Assembly: GCA_964534955.1 (NCBI GenBank)
Contig: CAZHRR010000002.1
Coordinates: 11,069-75,068, forward strand
Direction of reading: 5' to 3'
Source of the DNA: an uncultured bacterium
GTDB taxonomy: Bacteria > Fidelibacterota > Marinisomatia > Marinisomatales > UBA2128
Length of the DNA stretch: 64,000 bases
The notes under the pieces were generated by a model. The model was given only the letters and a program-made list of their open reading frames with translations, was not told the DNA's origin and made no database searches. Position 1 is the first letter of the stretch. Each line of letters begins with the position of its first letter. The translations under genes and the position numbers were made by a program. This document shows positions 56,404-64,000 of the stretch, one piece after another.

Positions 56404-57975
56404 ATGAAGTCTGCCGGGAATAAACTGAAATCACATTTTTTTGGTATTAAACTGCGAAAAAGGCGGAAGGATTTTGGTCTTACTCTGGAAGATCTCATGA
56501 ATCGGTGCATTGCATTAGATGCTTCAAATGCCCCATCAATTTCATATCTCAGTCTCCTTGAGACCGGTCGACGAGCCCCGACGGAGAAACTAATCGACAT
56601 TTTCAGCGAACTGTTTAATGAATCTCCCGAGTGGTTTCTCGATGATTCTACCGGGATAGATGATAACAATGATACTCATCCCACCAATGAGTTTATGTTA
56701 GAACCCCGAGTTCTTTTCGATCAGTCAATTCTTAGACGTGCTGTTCCGGACGTGTTAACTCAAACCGGAACTTCAGGTCGTAGATTTGCCTATGCTTTAA
56801 TAAGTGCACTTCGTGAACGACAGAAAAATCACTTTCCTGATTTGGAAAGGGAGGCGGAGTCTTTGGGGAATAAGAAGTTGCCTATGGATCTTGACACCAT
56901 CTTTAAAATATGTGCCAAGGTAGGCTTGGAAGTGAAATGGTTCGATAATCCGCCTGTAAAAGTAGCTGTAGAGGAAGCAGGAGAGGAAATTCGCTCTCTT
57001 GCCCGCTCATTTTTTCAGTCACCGAATACAATTTGGATTAATAGACGATTAGAGAAACAGCAGGATCGTTTGATGTTTGAAATATCGCTTAGGCTGGCCC
57101 ATATGGTACTTCATGGTGGTGACGGAGTCATTTCGGATCACGCTACAGGAGGAGAACTGGGTGCAGCGCCGGAGGGAGAAATACCGCCTACTTTTGTACA
57201 ACACCAGAGGGATGTACTGGTAGCTTGGCGTGATTATGAATGCAGCTATTATGCCTCTGCTTTACTGCTGCCACGACAACCATTTAAGCGTTTCTTGATC
57301 CGTACTCAATACGACGTTCAACAGGCGGAAAAACTGGGATATACACCTTCCATGGTTATGAGAAGGATGACATCGGTCTCTCCATACCGGTACTGGCACT
57401 ATTTCGATGTGTATCCGCCTCACTTCATCCGGGTATACTACCGGGGGAATGACATACCATTACCACATCATCATGATGCCCTTCATCCCGACAGTATCTG
57501 TGGTAAATGGGGTATATATCAAGTGACAAAAAATCCCGCTCTTAAGCATATTACCCAGCTCTCCTTAATGAGACAAGACGAAAGACGGAACCTATATGCC
57601 TGTCACAGTGTTCGGGCCAGGGATGCAGCCGGAAATAGACATGTTTTGGCTATCGGGATTGACTTGGAGCCTGCTCTGGAGTCCACAGGCAAGTCCTTCT
57701 CCACAATAGTCAATGCTGTGGAAGATCATGTGTCAAATCATCCTGGCAAACCACTAAGTGATGAGGTTCAGAGAGAGTTTCAGCCTGCCCTTGGTCTGCT
57801 GAATATGGGGTTCGCTGCTGATGCGGTAAAACTTCCACCTGAAATAGTATGTACTTGGGCAAGATTTTGTCCCCGGACTAATAAGTGTACCGGAGCTCCC
57901 AAATCAATACCGACCAAGTCTCCTATAGTAAAATTGAGGCATGAGATACTTTCTGGAAATTCTGATCAAGAATAG
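56404..57975 (+). CDS. XRE-family HTH regulator with an ImmA/IrrE-like and a DUF2083-like region (ScfR/PrpR-like architecture)
   Basis: N-terminal HTH (LRKRRKDFGLTLEDL...ISYLSLLETGRR). The central FEISLRLAHMVLH replaces HExxH. YYASALLLPRQPF, YDVQQAEKLGYTPSMVMRRMTSV and ICGKWGIYQV resemble the ScfR family. The C-terminus is Cys-rich (CTWARFCPRTNKC). Confidence 0.55.
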   Translation: MKSAGNKLKSHFFGIKLRKRRKDFGLTLEDLMNRCIALDASNAPSISYLSLLETGRRAPTEKLIDIFSELFNESPEWFLDDSTGIDDNNDTHPTNEFMLEPRVLFDQSILRRAVPDVLTQTGTSGRRFAYALISALRERQKNHFPDLEREAESLGNKKLPMDLDTIFKICAKVGLEVKWFDNPPVKVAVEEAGEEIRSLARSFFQSPNTIWINRRLEKQQDRLMFEISLRLAHMVLHGGDGVISDHATGGELGAAPEGEIPPTFVQHQRDVLVAWRDYECSYYASALLLPRQPFKRFLIRTQYDVQQAEKLGYTPSMVMRRMTSVSPYRYWHYFDVYPPHFIRVYYRGNDIPLPHHHDALHPDSICGKWGIYQVTKNPALKHITQLSLMRQDERRNLYACHSVRARDAAGNRHVLAIGIDLEPALESTGKSFSTIVNAVEDHVSNHPGKPLSDEVQREFQPALGLLNMGFAADAVKLPPEIVCTWARFCPRTNKCTGAPKSIPTKSPIVKLRHEILSGNSDQE

Positions 57976-58063
57976 AACTGCGTACCTAATGACTCATGCC
58001 CTTTGACTTGTTTTTCCTCGAAGAGAGGGGTAATTTTTCATTCAATTAATTGGAGGAATAACG

Positions 58064-58384
58064 TTGGATATTCTACTTGCACAGGGAAGCGGAGGAGCAG
58101 GTTCAACTATTGGTGGATTTCTGCCCTTCATCCTGATCATGGTGGTCATCTATTTTTTCATGATGCGCCCACAAATGAAGCAGCAGAAACAAAAAAAATT
58201 AATGATAGAGGCTCTGAAGAAAGGAGACCGAGTTATTACCGTAGGTGGTATACGAGGAACTATCGCAGGGTTTAAGGAAAAAGATTCCATAATTCTTTTG
58301 AACGTGGGAAAAGGGACAACACTGGAAGTTACCAGATCATCTGTCTCAGGACTGGCTAAGAAAGAGAAAAATGAGAGTAAATGA
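58064..58384 (+). CDS. yajC: Preprotein translocase subunit YajC
   Basis: One TM segment, then FFMMRPQMKQQKQ...KKGDRVITVGGIRGTI. The TTG start lies 7 nt after ggagg. Confidence 0.85.
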   Translation: MDILLAQGSGGAGSTIGGFLPFILIMVVIYFFMMRPQMKQQKQKKLMIEALKKGDRVITVGGIRGTIAGFKEKDSIILLNVGKGTTLEVTRSSVSGLAKKEKNESK

Positions 58385-58917
58385 TAAGACCAATTGTAAT
58401 ATATGGAGATCCTATCCTTAGAAAGAAGACTGAACCGGTAACGGATTTCTCTGGTCTGGAGGATCTTATTCAGGATATGTACGATACTATGTACGAAGAA
58501 GAGGGGATAGGTCTTTCTGCGAATCAGATCGGTGTCGAGTTAAACCTCATGGTAGTAGATGTAACCCATACTGATGAATGGGATGAACCTATGGCAATTG
58601 CTAATGCTCACATCACAGATTCCTGGGGGGAAAATGTAATAGAAGAGGGGTGCCTGAGTCTGCCTGAAATCCGGTTTGATGTTACCCGTCCCGAAGAAAT
58701 TCTGTTGAAGTATCAGGACCAGACAGGTAAACAGTTTGAATCCCAATTTGATGGTCTAATGTCTCGCGTTCTCCAGCACGAATTTGATCACTTGAATGGC
58801 GTTATGATCATTGACTATCAAACTCCAATACAGCTTCAACAGTATAAGAGCCGTCTTCGGGAATTATCTGAACATCCCAAAGAAAAATCACAGATTTCCA
58901 AAGGGATAGTACTATAA
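58381..58917 (+). CDS. def: Peptide deformylase
   Basis: GIGLSANQIG, EGCLSLP and HEFDHLNG motifs. Confidence 0.95.
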   Translation: MIRPIVIYGDPILRKKTEPVTDFSGLEDLIQDMYDTMYEEEGIGLSANQIGVELNLMVVDVTHTDEWDEPMAIANAHITDSWGENVIEEGCLSLPEIRFDVTRPEEILLKYQDQTGKQFESQFDGLMSRVLQHEFDHLNGVMIIDYQTPIQLQQYKSRLRELSEHPKEKSQISKGIVL

Positions 58918-58928
58918 ACCGACGCGCC

Positions 58929-59861
58929 ATGCGCATAGTATTTATGGGGAATCCGGAGTTTGCGATTCCCTCCCTTAGTGCAATCTATTCTTCAACTCAC
59001 GAGATTGCAGCGGTTGTGACAAATCCGGACAAGCCCCAAGGCCGCGGAAGGAATCCTCTCCCTACACCCGTAGCCATATGTGCAGAAGATTTGGACATTC
59101 CGGTTGTCCGCGCAGAAAAGCTCAAGGATGAGAATCTTGCCGCCCTGTTATCAGACCTCTCAGCAGATCTTTTTGTTATTGTGGCTTATAGAATTTTACC
59201 CGCAAGCCTTCTGGAGATCCCCAGGATTGGCTGTATTAATCTGCACGGTTCGATCCTGCCAAAATATCGCGGTGCAGCACCGATCCAGTGGGCTTTACTC
59301 AATGGGGATTCGTTAACAGGACTGACAACTTTCTTGCTCAAGCCGTCTGTTGATACTGGAGATATTCTGATGAAGAGGGAAGTAGTGATCTTCCCAAGCG
59401 ATAACTGTGGTGATTTATCCCGGCGAATGTCTCTTGTGGGTGCTCAACTATTGAAGAATACTGTGGATCGGTTGGCAAGTGATGATCTTGTACCCCTTCG
59501 ACAGGATGATTCACTTGCTACAAAAGCTCCAAAGATAAAACCCGAAATGAGAGAAATTGACTGGAGTAAGTCGGCATTTAGAGTTTACAACTTGATCAGG
59601 GCTCTTACTCCTATACCTGGAGCACATTCGTTTTTAGATGGCAAAAGGTTGAAGATATGCGACAGCCGACCGGGATTAATGAGTGGAGAGACTCCGGGGA
59701 CGATAATTTCAGCAGATAAAAAATCTTTCAGGGTGGCGTGCGGGACAGGTTCACTCCAAGTGCTCGAAGTTCAGGCAGAGGGGAAGAAAAAGATGTCTGC
59801 CCGGGAGTATCTGACTGGTTCCAAGTTAACAGTTGGTGATTGTTTTGACTCAGCAGGATGA
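58929..59861 (+). CDS. fmt: Methionyl-tRNA formyltransferase
   Basis: MRIVFMGNPEFA and NLHGSILPKYRGAAPIQWA motifs, 310 aa. Confidence 0.95.
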   Translation: MRIVFMGNPEFAIPSLSAIYSSTHEIAAVVTNPDKPQGRGRNPLPTPVAICAEDLDIPVVRAEKLKDENLAALLSDLSADLFVIVAYRILPASLLEIPRIGCINLHGSILPKYRGAAPIQWALLNGDSLTGLTTFLLKPSVDTGDILMKREVVIFPSDNCGDLSRRMSLVGAQLLKNTVDRLASDDLVPLRQDDSLATKAPKIKPEMREIDWSKSAFRVYNLIRALTPIPGAHSFLDGKRLKICDSRPGLMSGETPGTIISADKKSFRVACGTGSLQVLEVQAEGKKKMSAREYLTGSKLTVGDCFDSAG

Positions 59862-61179
59862 TGCTCGGTTTCATGCTGTCAGAATGTTGACGGATTTCGA
59901 TCGAACAGGCGAAAGATTATCCTCTGTCTCTGCTCGCTATCTCAGAGGAAGAGAACGTATTTCACACTTAGAAGAAATCACCTTCCTAGTGCAGGAAACT
60001 ATGCGGTGGCGGGGATACCTTGACTCAGTCATCTGTCGCTTCTACCGAGGGAAGTACACGAAAGTCGAGCACGTGCTGAAGAATATATTACGTCTGGGTG
60101 CTTATGAACTGATCTTCCGGAACCAGGTGCCTTCTTATGCAGTAGTAAACGAGGCGGTGGAACTGACCCGTCGGCTGGCGAGCGAAAAATCTGCAGGACT
60201 AACAAATGCAATACTGCGAAAAATGTCAGAGACAGACTATCCAAAGCCGGGAATTGTATCGCAAAGCGATAGTCTGGCGAAGATATCTGAGCTCACATCC
60301 CATCCTCAATGGATGATTGAACGCTGGCTGAAGCGGTATGGATTCGAGGAAACAGTTGAACTATGTAATTGGAATAATCAGGTACCTTCTTTCACCGTCT
60401 GGAGGAATCCGGCACAGGTGGAAGCGTCTCAGTGGGAAGAGGAATTGGAAGGTTTGGGCATCAATTGGGCAATGAGCACATCTATTAAGAATTATTATCA
60501 TGTGGACTCACTTTCGCGACTGTTACAGAGCGAAGCCTATGGAAAAGGATGGTTCGCAGTACAGGATACATCATCAGCTTTGATTGTGATGTTGGCGGTA
60601 GAAAACACCAAAGGACAGGTACTTGATGTCTGTTGTGCCCCTGGCGGGAAGACTGCTGCTCTATCAAGCAGGCTTGGAACTGATGTTCCTGTTATTGCCT
60701 CAGATGTTAACGAAGAAAGGCTACAAAAAGTACGGGAAACTTTGAAGCGACTAAAAATATCAAATGTAACCGTTGAGAAAAAAGATGCCGCCAAAGATAA
60801 TTTTCAGGAGAGTAATGTCATTCTCATTGATGCACCATGCACAGGCACCGGCGTTATGTCCAAACGTGCTGATCTACGGTGGAGACGGACAGAGGAAAAT
60901 CTGGGAGAAATACAGTCGTTGCAATTGGAAATCCTTCGGCATATGGCGAACTTTGTGTCATCTAATGGAAGCATTATCTACTCTACCTGTTCACTGGAAC
61001 CGGAAGAGAATTGGGATGTGATTGATATGCTGTTGGAGGAACGTGACGACTTTGATGCAGTTAGGATTGAAAGAGAAGAGATTATTCCTTTCACGGATGA
61101 ACGTGGAGCAGTCTCCACTTTTCCACCTCGTGATGGCATGGATGGTGTATTTGGAGTAATATTGAAGAAATGTTCATAA
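59833..61179 (+). CDS. rsmB: 16S rRNA (cytosine-C5)-methyltransferase RsmB
   Basis: NusB-like N-terminal region, DVCCAPGGKT, DAPCTGTGV and YSTCS motifs. The exact start is uncertain (TTG/GTG cluster at 59833-59845). Confidence 0.85.
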   Translation: MVIVLTQQDDARFHAVRMLTDFDRTGERLSSVSARYLRGRERISHLEEITFLVQETMRWRGYLDSVICRFYRGKYTKVEHVLKNILRLGAYELIFRNQVPSYAVVNEAVELTRRLASEKSAGLTNAILRKMSETDYPKPGIVSQSDSLAKISELTSHPQWMIERWLKRYGFEETVELCNWNNQVPSFTVWRNPAQVEASQWEEELEGLGINWAMSTSIKNYYHVDSLSRLLQSEAYGKGWFAVQDTSSALIVMLAVENTKGQVLDVCCAPGGKTAALSSRLGTDVPVIASDVNEERLQKVRETLKRLKISNVTVEKKDAAKDNFQESNVILIDAPCTGTGVMSKRADLRWRRTEENLGEIQSLQLEILRHMANFVSSNGSIIYSTCSLEPEENWDVIDMLLEERDDFDAVRIEREEIIPFTDERGAVSTFPPRDGMDGVFGVILKKCS

Positions 61180-61958
61180 GAACGATTGTCAGGATTATAG
61201 TAGTTTTTACAATTGTGGGAGGCACGGCATTTATTGTGGTTGACAAGATTGCCATGCCCATTTACGTAGCGAGTGGACGGGAAATTTCACTGCCAGATGT
61301 TAGTGGACAGACGACTCAATCAGGACCAGTGATGACATTTGACGAAGCCCAGACAGAGTTAAAGAAATACGATCTCGTAGCTGTGGAAGAATTTGTGAAA
61401 TACACTGGAAAGTATCCTCCCGGAACGGTTTTGGATCAATACCCACAGGCTGGGCGAAAAGTGAAGCCCGGACGTAAAGTACGATTAACTGTGGCAAAAG
61501 AGGAGAAAATGGTTAAAGTGCCAAATCTGGTAGGACAGTCACTACGCCACGCTCAGTTAAAGATAGAAGAAATCGGACTTCATTTGGATACTTTACTGAA
61601 GGATTATGATACTCGTGTACCGCTTGATGTGGTTCGCTGGCAGAACCCCATTCAAGGGAATCTCCTTCGCAAGGGGAGTGGCGTGAAACTGGGTGTGAGT
61701 TTGGGACGACCACCTGATTTCTTTGAGGTTCCTAATCTGGTGGGAATCACTCTGGCTGAGGCCAAAGTAGAGTTGGTAAAAGAAGGCCTCAGAATCGGTA
61801 AAATCACCCGCATGCAGGATGAGGATAAGATTCCCGATACAGTTCTTAGGCAAAGTATCGTACCGGGCACTGTTCTGAGAAAACCTATACCCATTGATCT
61901 GACTTTAAGTTTTATAGATATTACAGACCTTCGGAACCGGTTGAATGATCAGGACTGA
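61170..61958 (+). CDS. PASTA-domain membrane protein
   Basis: N-terminal TM segment followed by three PASTA-like repeats (LPDVSGQ, VPNLVGQSL, VPNLVGITL). Confidence 0.7.
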   Translation: MFIRTIVRIIVVFTIVGGTAFIVVDKIAMPIYVASGREISLPDVSGQTTQSGPVMTFDEAQTELKKYDLVAVEEFVKYTGKYPPGTVLDQYPQAGRKVKPGRKVRLTVAKEEKMVKVPNLVGQSLRHAQLKIEEIGLHLDTLLKDYDTRVPLDVVRWQNPIQGNLLRKGSGVKLGVSLGRPPDFFEVPNLVGITLAEAKVELVKEGLRIGKITRMQDEDKIPDTVLRQSIVPGTVLRKPIPIDLTLSFIDITDLRNRLNDQD

Positions 61959-61963
61959 TTAAG

Positions 61964-62542
61964 ATGGAATACAGACATGAAATCGTCAGGAAGCTGATCC
62001 ACTATGGATCTGCTATTTTCCCTATAGGCTACCTCTTCTTTTTCGAGAGGAAAGAAATGCTCATTATGCTGGGTTCGGCCGTAATAATCATCATCATTCT
62101 GGAAATTCTCCGTATGACCGTTCCTTTATTTAACCGCATTTACAAAGTGGTATTTGGGAAGATAGTTCGCAAAGAAGAATCTGTGAGGTTTACGGGTGCA
62201 ACTTACTCTTTTTTAGGTGCTTTTGCTGCTATTCTAATCTTCGAAAAGGAAGTCGCAATCTTTGCAATGCTTGTACTTTCCCTGGCTGATTCTACCGCCG
62301 CTCTCGTAGGGAGAAGGTGGGGGACGATACCTCTTCTGGAAAAGTCAGTTCAGGGAACAGTAACTTTTCTGATAATGGCAATAGCTGTAGCATTATTTGT
62401 CCCCGGAATCCCTCGAACTGAAGCAGTTACAGCTGCCGTATTTACTGCTTTGATAGAACTGCTGCCTTCTCCTGTGAATGACAATCTTCTTATACCCATG
62501 TCAGCCGGAATTATTTTATCTCTTATGAGGCTCTTTACTTGA
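61964..62542 (+). CDS. Polyprenol/phytol/dolichol kinase-family membrane protein (CTP-dependent kinase type)
   Basis: EIVRKLIHYGS and SLADSTAALVGRRWG motifs with ~6 TM segments. Confidence 0.6.
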   Translation: MEYRHEIVRKLIHYGSAIFPIGYLFFFERKEMLIMLGSAVIIIIILEILRMTVPLFNRIYKVVFGKIVRKEESVRFTGATYSFLGAFAAILIFEKEVAIFAMLVLSLADSTAALVGRRWGTIPLLEKSVQGTVTFLIMAIAVALFVPGIPRTEAVTAAVFTALIELLPSPVNDNLLIPMSAGIILSLMRLFT

Positions 62543-64000
62543 GTTTTTTAGCACCTTCCGTTCTTTGGGGACTGATTGCATCCACTATTCCCCTTCTCAT
62601 CCATCTCTTCAGCATCAGACGTACACAGACGGTGGAATTCAGCTCCATTAGGTTCATAAAGGAGCTGGAGCACGAGACCATCCGCAGGTTGAAAATTCGA
62701 CAACTTATTCTGCTTATTCTTCGGACACTGGCTATTGTCTTAATTGTCCTGGCGTTTGCTCGACCTGTGAAGCTGGGATATTTCCCCGCCGGCAGCAGTC
62801 AGACTACCTTGATGATTTTTCTTGTGGACAATTCAGCTTCTATGAGTGCATCTAATGTAGAGGAGGATTTGTTCCTGACTTTGGCAAAGGATAAAGTAAG
62901 GAATATACTGGAAGGGGCAGAAGGTGAGATTTCTCTCCAGCTCTGGCAGACGACACCGCTTAAGAGAGTCTATTCCGGTGAATTCAGTTCTGTGGATGAA
63001 GTGGCCGGTTACCTGGAGTCTATCCAAGAATCTGCCGGTGGCGATGATCTCTGGGGTGCAATCGACTCGAATCTGGAGAGGTCAGCCTGGGAAGCAGAAG
63101 GAGGGGAGGTTACTGCCAATCGTGAGTTCTACATATTCAGTGATTTCCCCGCTACTGTGCCGGAAGATTGGTTGTTCCGGAAAGTGGACAGCAGTACTTT
63201 GCTGGAATGGCATGTGTTTCTTTTCCCATCTGACATTCCCGGTGGAAACCTGAGTATCAGGGAGAGCGAAGTTCTTACTGAGCTGCGGGTAACGGGACAG
63301 CTCGTAGAAATTCAAACTGCTATTGAGAATCAGGGTAACGAAGATTTAAGCGACATACCTGTGCAGCTTCTCTTCGGTGACACACCTGTTGGGCAGGCTG
63401 TCTCTGATATTCCGGCAGGGAAAATGAAAGAGTTTATATTTCAGGCCTATCCCTCCCGCAGTGTGACAGTAGAAGGAACTGTCGTTATTCCTTCTGATCA
63501 TTTCAGCTACGATAATCGAAGGTATTTCAGATTTTCTGTGCCAGATAAAATTAACTGCATAATTGCTGGCAATGCGGAAGACCAGGTTAAAATTGTAGAA
63601 CTTGCGCTGGAAGCAATGAACAGCGATTCGGTTTTTGTTAAGTACCGCTTGGAGAAACTGACATCCGGAACGATGCTGCAGTTGTCAGATACCGATATCC
63701 TGCTGCTTGTGGATCCCGGACCGATCAGTTCCTATGTTGCAGAGCAAATCGCAGAGTTTCAGACGATGGGCGGAGGAGTTCTTGCCTTTTTAGGTGGACG
63801 TAGTCAAACCGCTGGAGATCATCTGCTGAATCAGCTTGGACTCGAGGAAGTGACAGGTGTCGATTCAGTTGCTGAGGGGAGTTTTCTTTCAGTTGAAGCA
63901 ATCAGAGATCTTCAGCCAGTTATTGAGGGACTCTCTATCTGGGATTTAGAGCGTGCCATGCCGGAAGTTTATTCTTCACTGAAGCTGGTCCCCGGAAAAA
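62539..64000 (+). CDS. BatA-like aerotolerance-family protein with a vWA-like region (3' end outside window)
   Basis: This frame is absent from the ORF track because it has no stop. I translated it by hand and it stays open from the TTG at 62539 to 64000. The N-terminus LSFLAPSVLWGLIASTIPLLIHLFSIRR...RTLAIVLIVLAFARP is the double-TM BatA-type motif. A DNSASM MIDAS-like motif follows. Confidence 0.65.
   Translation, partial: MSFLAPSVLWGLIASTIPLLIHLFSIRRTQTVEFSSIRFIKELEHETIRRLKIRQLILLILRTLAIVLIVLAFARPVKLGYFPAGSSQTTLMIFLVDNSASMSASNVEEDLFLTLAKDKVRNILEGAEGEISLQLWQTTPLKRVYSGEFSSVDEVAGYLESIQESAGGDDLWGAIDSNLERSAWEAEGGEVTANREFYIFSDFPATVPEDWLFRKVDSSTLLEWHVFLFPSDIPGGNLSIRESEVLTELRVTGQLVEIQTAIENQGNEDLSDIPVQLLFGDTPVGQAVSDIPAGKMKEFIFQAYPSRSVTVEGTVVIPSDHFSYDNRRYFRFSVPDKINCIIAGNAEDQVKIVELALEAMNSDSVFVKYRLEKLTSGTMLQLSDTDILLLVDPGPISSYVAEQIAEFQTMGGGVLAFLGGRSQTAGDHLLNQLGLEEVTGVDSVAEGSFLSVEAIRDLQPVIEGLSIWDLERAMPEVYSSLKLVPGK

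Noticed and set aside
1-64000. Search for CRISPR arrays, tRNA, rRNA, integrase, transposase or reverse-transcriptase genes.
   Set aside because: I saw no regularly spaced repeat array; all repeats found are pairs or dispersed motifs. There are no tRNA T-arm/acceptor signatures or rRNA-like stretches in the spacers, and no ORF with recombinase or RT motifs.

Overview
This is a 64-kb chromosomal segment in which every gene I can support lies on the + strand. The host looks like an FCB-group bacterium. Three proteins end in T9SS-type C-terminal sorting domains, there is a CarboxypepD_reg-type TonB receptor, and an NhaD-like gene sits inside the complex I operon. Content in order:

- (i) The tail of one complex I gene set (nuoM', nuoN) is followed directly by a complete 14-subunit set, nuoA-N. 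That set is interrupted by a ~1.3-kb insert between nuoA and nuoB (a nuoB 5' relic plus a frameshifted ORF6N gene), by a direct-repeat-flanked insert before nuoJ, and by an NhaD-like transporter between nuoM and nuoN.
- (ii) asnB, a PduO-type adenosyltransferase and a YwiC-like membrane protein.
- (iii) A ~19-kb copper/silver-type metal island. It holds a Cys-rich protein, a CusCBA-like pump whose adaptor carries three HMBD modules, a translationally coupled PII-like protein, CcmF/CcmH/CcmI-like genes, an orphan Rieske protein, a YHS-like protein, DUF2231, a TonB receptor, CopA with two TRASH/YHS domains and one HMBD, small metal-binding proteins and decayed TRASH/HMA relics.
- (iv) Secreted proteins: a dockerin-bearing metalloprotease and a BNR protein.
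- (v) A tightly overlapping PP2C / lipoprotein / GAF-sigma54-activator / Hanks-kinase operon, followed immediately by a consensus sigma-54 promoter in front of T9SS cargo genes.
- (vi) A gene-poor stretch with two tandem paralogous 72/73-aa two-TM proteins and a ScfR-like XRE regulator.
- (vii) Housekeeping genes: yajC-def-fmt-rsmB-PASTA-polyprenol kinase-BatA.

I recognised no rRNA, tRNA, CRISPR array, integrase or transposase. The best candidates for something undescribed are the Ser/Thr-kinase-to-sigma-54-to-T9SS-cargo module, the tandem small membrane proteins, the recurrent inserts that duplicate gene ends and carry a dispersed GC-rich palindromic motif family, and the Ccm/Rieske/DUF2231 block inside the metal island.
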